The translations under genes were made by a program, and so were the position numbers. A stretch of 35,842 nt of DNA from Candidatus Cybelea sp. (GTDB lineage: Bacteria > Vulcanimicrobiota > Vulcanimicrobiia > Vulcanimicrobiales > Vulcanimicrobiaceae), in assembly GCA_036521295.1 (NCBI GenBank), contig DATDIA010000203.1:1-35842 (forward strand). Direction: 5' to 3'. The notes beneath the pieces were generated by a model. It was given only the letters and a program-made list of their open reading frames with translations. It was not told the origin of the DNA and ran no database searches. Positions 33,432 through 35,842 of this stretch are shown one piece after another (the stretch's first letter is position 1; each line of letters starts with the position of its first letter).

Positions 33432-33710
33432 ATGGCGATGAGCTCGAAAGAATCGGCGGAGTTCGAGAATATTGGCTTGCTCATGCACGTGCCGCTGGAT
33501 CTCACGGTCGAGTTGGGAAGCGCTCAGCTTTCGGTGGCCGAGGTATTGAAGCTCGGCACGGGTTCGATCGTCGAACTCGATCGCCCCGTAAATCATCCCG
33601 TCGACCTGCTCGTTAACCGTAGACTGATTGCGCGCGGCGAGATCGTCGCAGTTGCGGAGAGCTTTGCGTTTCGCGTTACCGAGCTGCTTCCGCTCCAGAC
33701 AAGCTCGTAA
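33432..33710 (+). CDS. fliN: Flagellar motor switch protein FliN (SpoA domain only)
   Basis: 92 aa. LLMHVPLDLTVELGSAQLSVAEVLKLGTGSIVELDRPVNHPVDLLVNRRLIARGEIVAVAESFAFRVTEL is a clear SpoA/FliN signature. Confidence 0.88.
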   Translation: MAMSSKESAEFENIGLLMHVPLDLTVELGSAQLSVAEVLKLGTGSIVELDRPVNHPVDLLVNRRLIARGEIVAVAESFAFRVTELLPLQTSS

Positions 33711-33714
33711 CTCT

Positions 33715-34374
33715 ATGCCCACCGATTTCTTCGCGGGCACGGTCGGCCGGCACGCAACGGTGCCACTCGATCTCCTCGTGGCGCTGACGATGCTCTCGGT
33801 CGTGCCGCTTCTGCTGGTCATGTGCACGTCGTTCGTACGAATCGTCGTCGTGCTCTCACTCGTGCGTTCGGCAATCGGCGCCTCAGCGCTTCCGCCCAAC
33901 GCCGTGCTCACGGGGCTCGCACTCGTACTGACTTTGGTCGTCATGGCGCCTACCGCGCAGCGAATCAGACACGACGCTATCGATCCCTATTCGCGAGGCG
34001 CAATTTCCCCTTCGCAGGCGATTCGACGAGCAATCGCGCCGCTTCGCTCGTTCATGCTCCGCCAGACGCGCGCGGCGGATGTGGCGCTATTCGAGCGAGT
34101 CGCACGGCGCGCCCCCGAGCCGGGCCAGCGCGCGCCCATTACCGTCGTGATTCCCGCTTTCGTCGTGGGTGAGCTGCGCAGCGGCTTCGCTATCGGATTT
34201 GCGCTGTATCTGCCGTTCGTCGCCATCGACTTGGCGGTTGCAGCCATGCTGATGGGGCTTGGCATGATGATGCTCAGCCCACCCGTCGTCTCGTTGCCGG
34301 TGAAGCTGCTGCTCTTCGTGATGGTCGACGGCTGGGCGATGCTTTGCGGAGGCGTTGCAGCAAGCTTCCGATAA
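33715..34374 (+). CDS. fliP: Flagellar export-gate protein FliP
   Basis: 219 aa from the ATG at 33715. TSFVRIVVVLSLVRSAIGASALPPNAVLTGLALVLTLVVMAP, AFVVGELRSGFAIGFALYLPFVAIDLAVAAMLMGLGMMMLSP and LLLFVMVDGW are present. Confidence 0.92.
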   Translation: MPTDFFAGTVGRHATVPLDLLVALTMLSVVPLLLVMCTSFVRIVVVLSLVRSAIGASALPPNAVLTGLALVLTLVVMAPTAQRIRHDAIDPYSRGAISPSQAIRRAIAPLRSFMLRQTRAADVALFERVARRAPEPGQRAPITVVIPAFVVGELRSGFAIGFALYLPFVAIDLAVAAMLMGLGMMMLSPPVVSLPVKLLLFVMVDGWAMLCGGVAASFR

Positions 34375-34383
34375 CTCAGATAT

Positions 34384-35295
34384 ATGCGCATCGGAGATGC
34401 CATCGCGACACAGCGGCCGTTTTTCTCGTTCGAGTTCTTCCCACCGAAGGACGACGAGGGTTCCCGCCGCTTGTTTGCCGCAATCGCGGCGTTGCAACCG
34501 CTGCGGCCGGCCTTCGTTTCCATCACCTACGGTGCCGGCGGCTCGACGCGCGCCCGTACGGTTGCGCTCGCTAAAGAAATTCAGCATCAGATCGGTCTGA
34601 CGGTGGTTGCGCACGTCACGTGCATCGGCGCGGATCGGGGCGAGTTGCGAGAACTCTTCGACGACTTGGCGAGGGCCGGCATCGAGAACGTGCTTGCATT
34701 GCGAGGCGACGCCCCGCCGGGTGCGTCGTTCTCACCGACGCCCGGAGGCTTTGCCCACGCCAGCGAGCTGATCGCCATGTTGCGGCGAAACTACGACTTC
34801 TGCATCGGAGCGGCGTGCTATCCCGAAAAGCATCCCGAAGCGGCGACCTTCGAAGACGACCTCCTCCATCTCAAGCTCAAAGCCGAAGCGGGCGCGGATT
34901 TTCTCGTCTCGCAGCTTTTTTTCGACAACGCACACTTCTTCGAATTCGAACGCCGCGCCCGAATCGCCGGTATCGAGCTCCCGATTCTCCCCGGCCTGAT
35001 GCCGATTACAAACTTTGCCCAGATCAAGCGGTTCGTCGCCATGTGCGGCGCGAGCATTCCACCGAAGCTCCTCGTGGAATTGGAGGCGCGCAAGGGCGAC
35101 GATAAGGCGGTCGAAGATCTCGGCGTCGCATATGCGTCGATGCAGGCTCTCGGACTGGTGCAGGGAGGCCTGCCCGGGATTCACTTTTACACGTTGAACC
35201 GCTCGCCCGCGACGCGTGCTATTGTCTCGTCGCTCTTGGCGGCAAGTGCCTGGCGTCCCGCATTGCGAACACGCAGTGCCATAACAACTCGGTAA
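34384..35295 (+). CDS. metF: 5,10-methylenetetrahydrofolate reductase
   Basis: 303 aa. FSFEFFPPK, SITYGAGGSTR, HVTCIG, VLALRGD and DFLVSQLFFD are present. It starts 9 nt after the fliP stop, on the same strand. Confidence 0.9.
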   Translation: MRIGDAIATQRPFFSFEFFPPKDDEGSRRLFAAIAALQPLRPAFVSITYGAGGSTRARTVALAKEIQHQIGLTVVAHVTCIGADRGELRELFDDLARAGIENVLALRGDAPPGASFSPTPGGFAHASELIAMLRRNYDFCIGAACYPEKHPEAATFEDDLLHLKLKAEAGADFLVSQLFFDNAHFFEFERRARIAGIELPILPGLMPITNFAQIKRFVAMCGASIPPKLLVELEARKGDDKAVEDLGVAYASMQALGLVQGGLPGIHFYTLNRSPATRAIVSSLLAASAWRPALRTRSAITTR

Positions 35296-35326
35296 CGTCG
35301 CCGTAACGGCGCGCGGGTAGCGTTGA

Positions 35327-35599
35327 GTGGTGGAGATCCTCGACGGATTGCTTCACGACGCGCTCCTTACCACCGCAACGATCGCCTTGCCGATGCTCGG
35401 CGTCGCAGCGCTTGTCGGTACTGCGATTGCCGTCGTCCAAGCGGCGACGCAGGTCCAAGAACAGACCCTGACGCTGCTTCCCAAGATCGTCGCTATTGGA
35501 TTGATGATCGCGTTGTTCGGCGGCCCCGCTATGCACTTGCTCGCTGGACTCTTCGATCGCGCGCTGGCTGCGATTCCTGCGATCGAGACGGGATGGTAA
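35327..35599 (+). CDS. fliQ: Flagellar export-gate protein FliQ
   Basis: 90 aa. IALPMLGVAALVGTAIAVVQAATQVQEQTLTLLPKIVAIGL is present. The GTG start is at 35327 or 35330. Confidence 0.9.
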   Translation: MVEILDGLLHDALLTTATIALPMLGVAALVGTAIAVVQAATQVQEQTLTLLPKIVAIGLMIALFGGPAMHLLAGLFDRALAAIPAIETGW

Positions 35600-35842
35600 C
35601 CGGTCTGCTCGCCTTTGCCCGTTGCGCCGGCTTCGTCTTTCGCGCGCCGGGATTCTCGCATCCGAGCGTGCCGTCTCCACTACGAGCCGGCCTGGCCGTC
35701 GCGCTTTCGATCGCAATGGCCCCGAACGCTACGCGGGCACCGCACAATGTCGACGTGGTGATGCTCGTCATTGCAATCCTGGGGGAATTCTTGCTCGGCA
35801 GCGCAATCGGCATGGCCGCCTCGCTGATCTACGACGCAGCCC
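35593..35842 (+). CDS. fliR: Flagellar export-gate protein FliR, 3' end cut by the window edge
   Basis: I translated this by hand, as it is not in the ORF track: MVTGLLAFARCAGFVFRAPGFSHPSVPSPLRAGLAVALSIAMAP...LGEFLLGSAIGMAASLIYDAA. The ATG at 35593 overlaps the fliQ stop (ATGGTAA). Confidence 0.8.
   Translation, partial: MVTGLLAFARCAGFVFRAPGFSHPSVPSPLRAGLAVALSIAMAPNATRAPHNVDVVMLVIAILGEFLLGSAIGMAASLIYDAA

Overview
This is a GC-rich bacterial chromosomal segment, densely coded and almost entirely on the + strand. Most of it is housekeeping: sucCD, lexA, panC-coaBC-coaX-dusB, greA-lysS, truA-rplM-rpsI and metF. Gene order and regulatory signals look Terrabacteria/Firmicutes-like. There are GAAC-N4-GTTC (Cheo-type) SOS boxes, a divergent lexA/LysM pair like B. 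subtilis lexA-yneA, and a flagellar operon in fla/che-like order. A giant TonB-dependent-receptor-like outer-membrane protein nevertheless implies a diderm envelope. The phylum cannot be fixed from sequence alone. An Eremiobacterota- or Armatimonadota-like lineage is only a guess.

The most unusual content is at 26985-35842 and runs off the 3' edge. It is a tightly coupled, miniaturised flagellar-type III secretion / basal-body operon: flgB-like, flgC, fliE, fliF, fliH-like, fliI, an SLT transglycosylase, a FliK-like protein, one rod/hook protein, fliM-like, fliN, fliP, metF, fliQ, fliR.
- There is no fliG gene in its canonical slot. FliF instead carries a FliG-N-like C-terminal tail.
- FliI lacks its N-terminal domain.
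- A folate-metabolism gene (metF) sits between fliP and fliQ.

Secondary points of interest:
- A four-gene cassette (class-III aminotransferase, SRPBCC protein, acyl-ACP-reductase-like protein, 'quinate 5-dehydrogenase'-like protein) lies between dusB and greA.
- The lexA / YneA-like SOS module has two operator boxes.
- A repeat-structured intergenic region lies at 8152-8304.
- A 1356-aa TBDR-like protein is followed by two secreted unknowns.

No tRNA, rRNA, CRISPR array, transposase or integrase was recognised.
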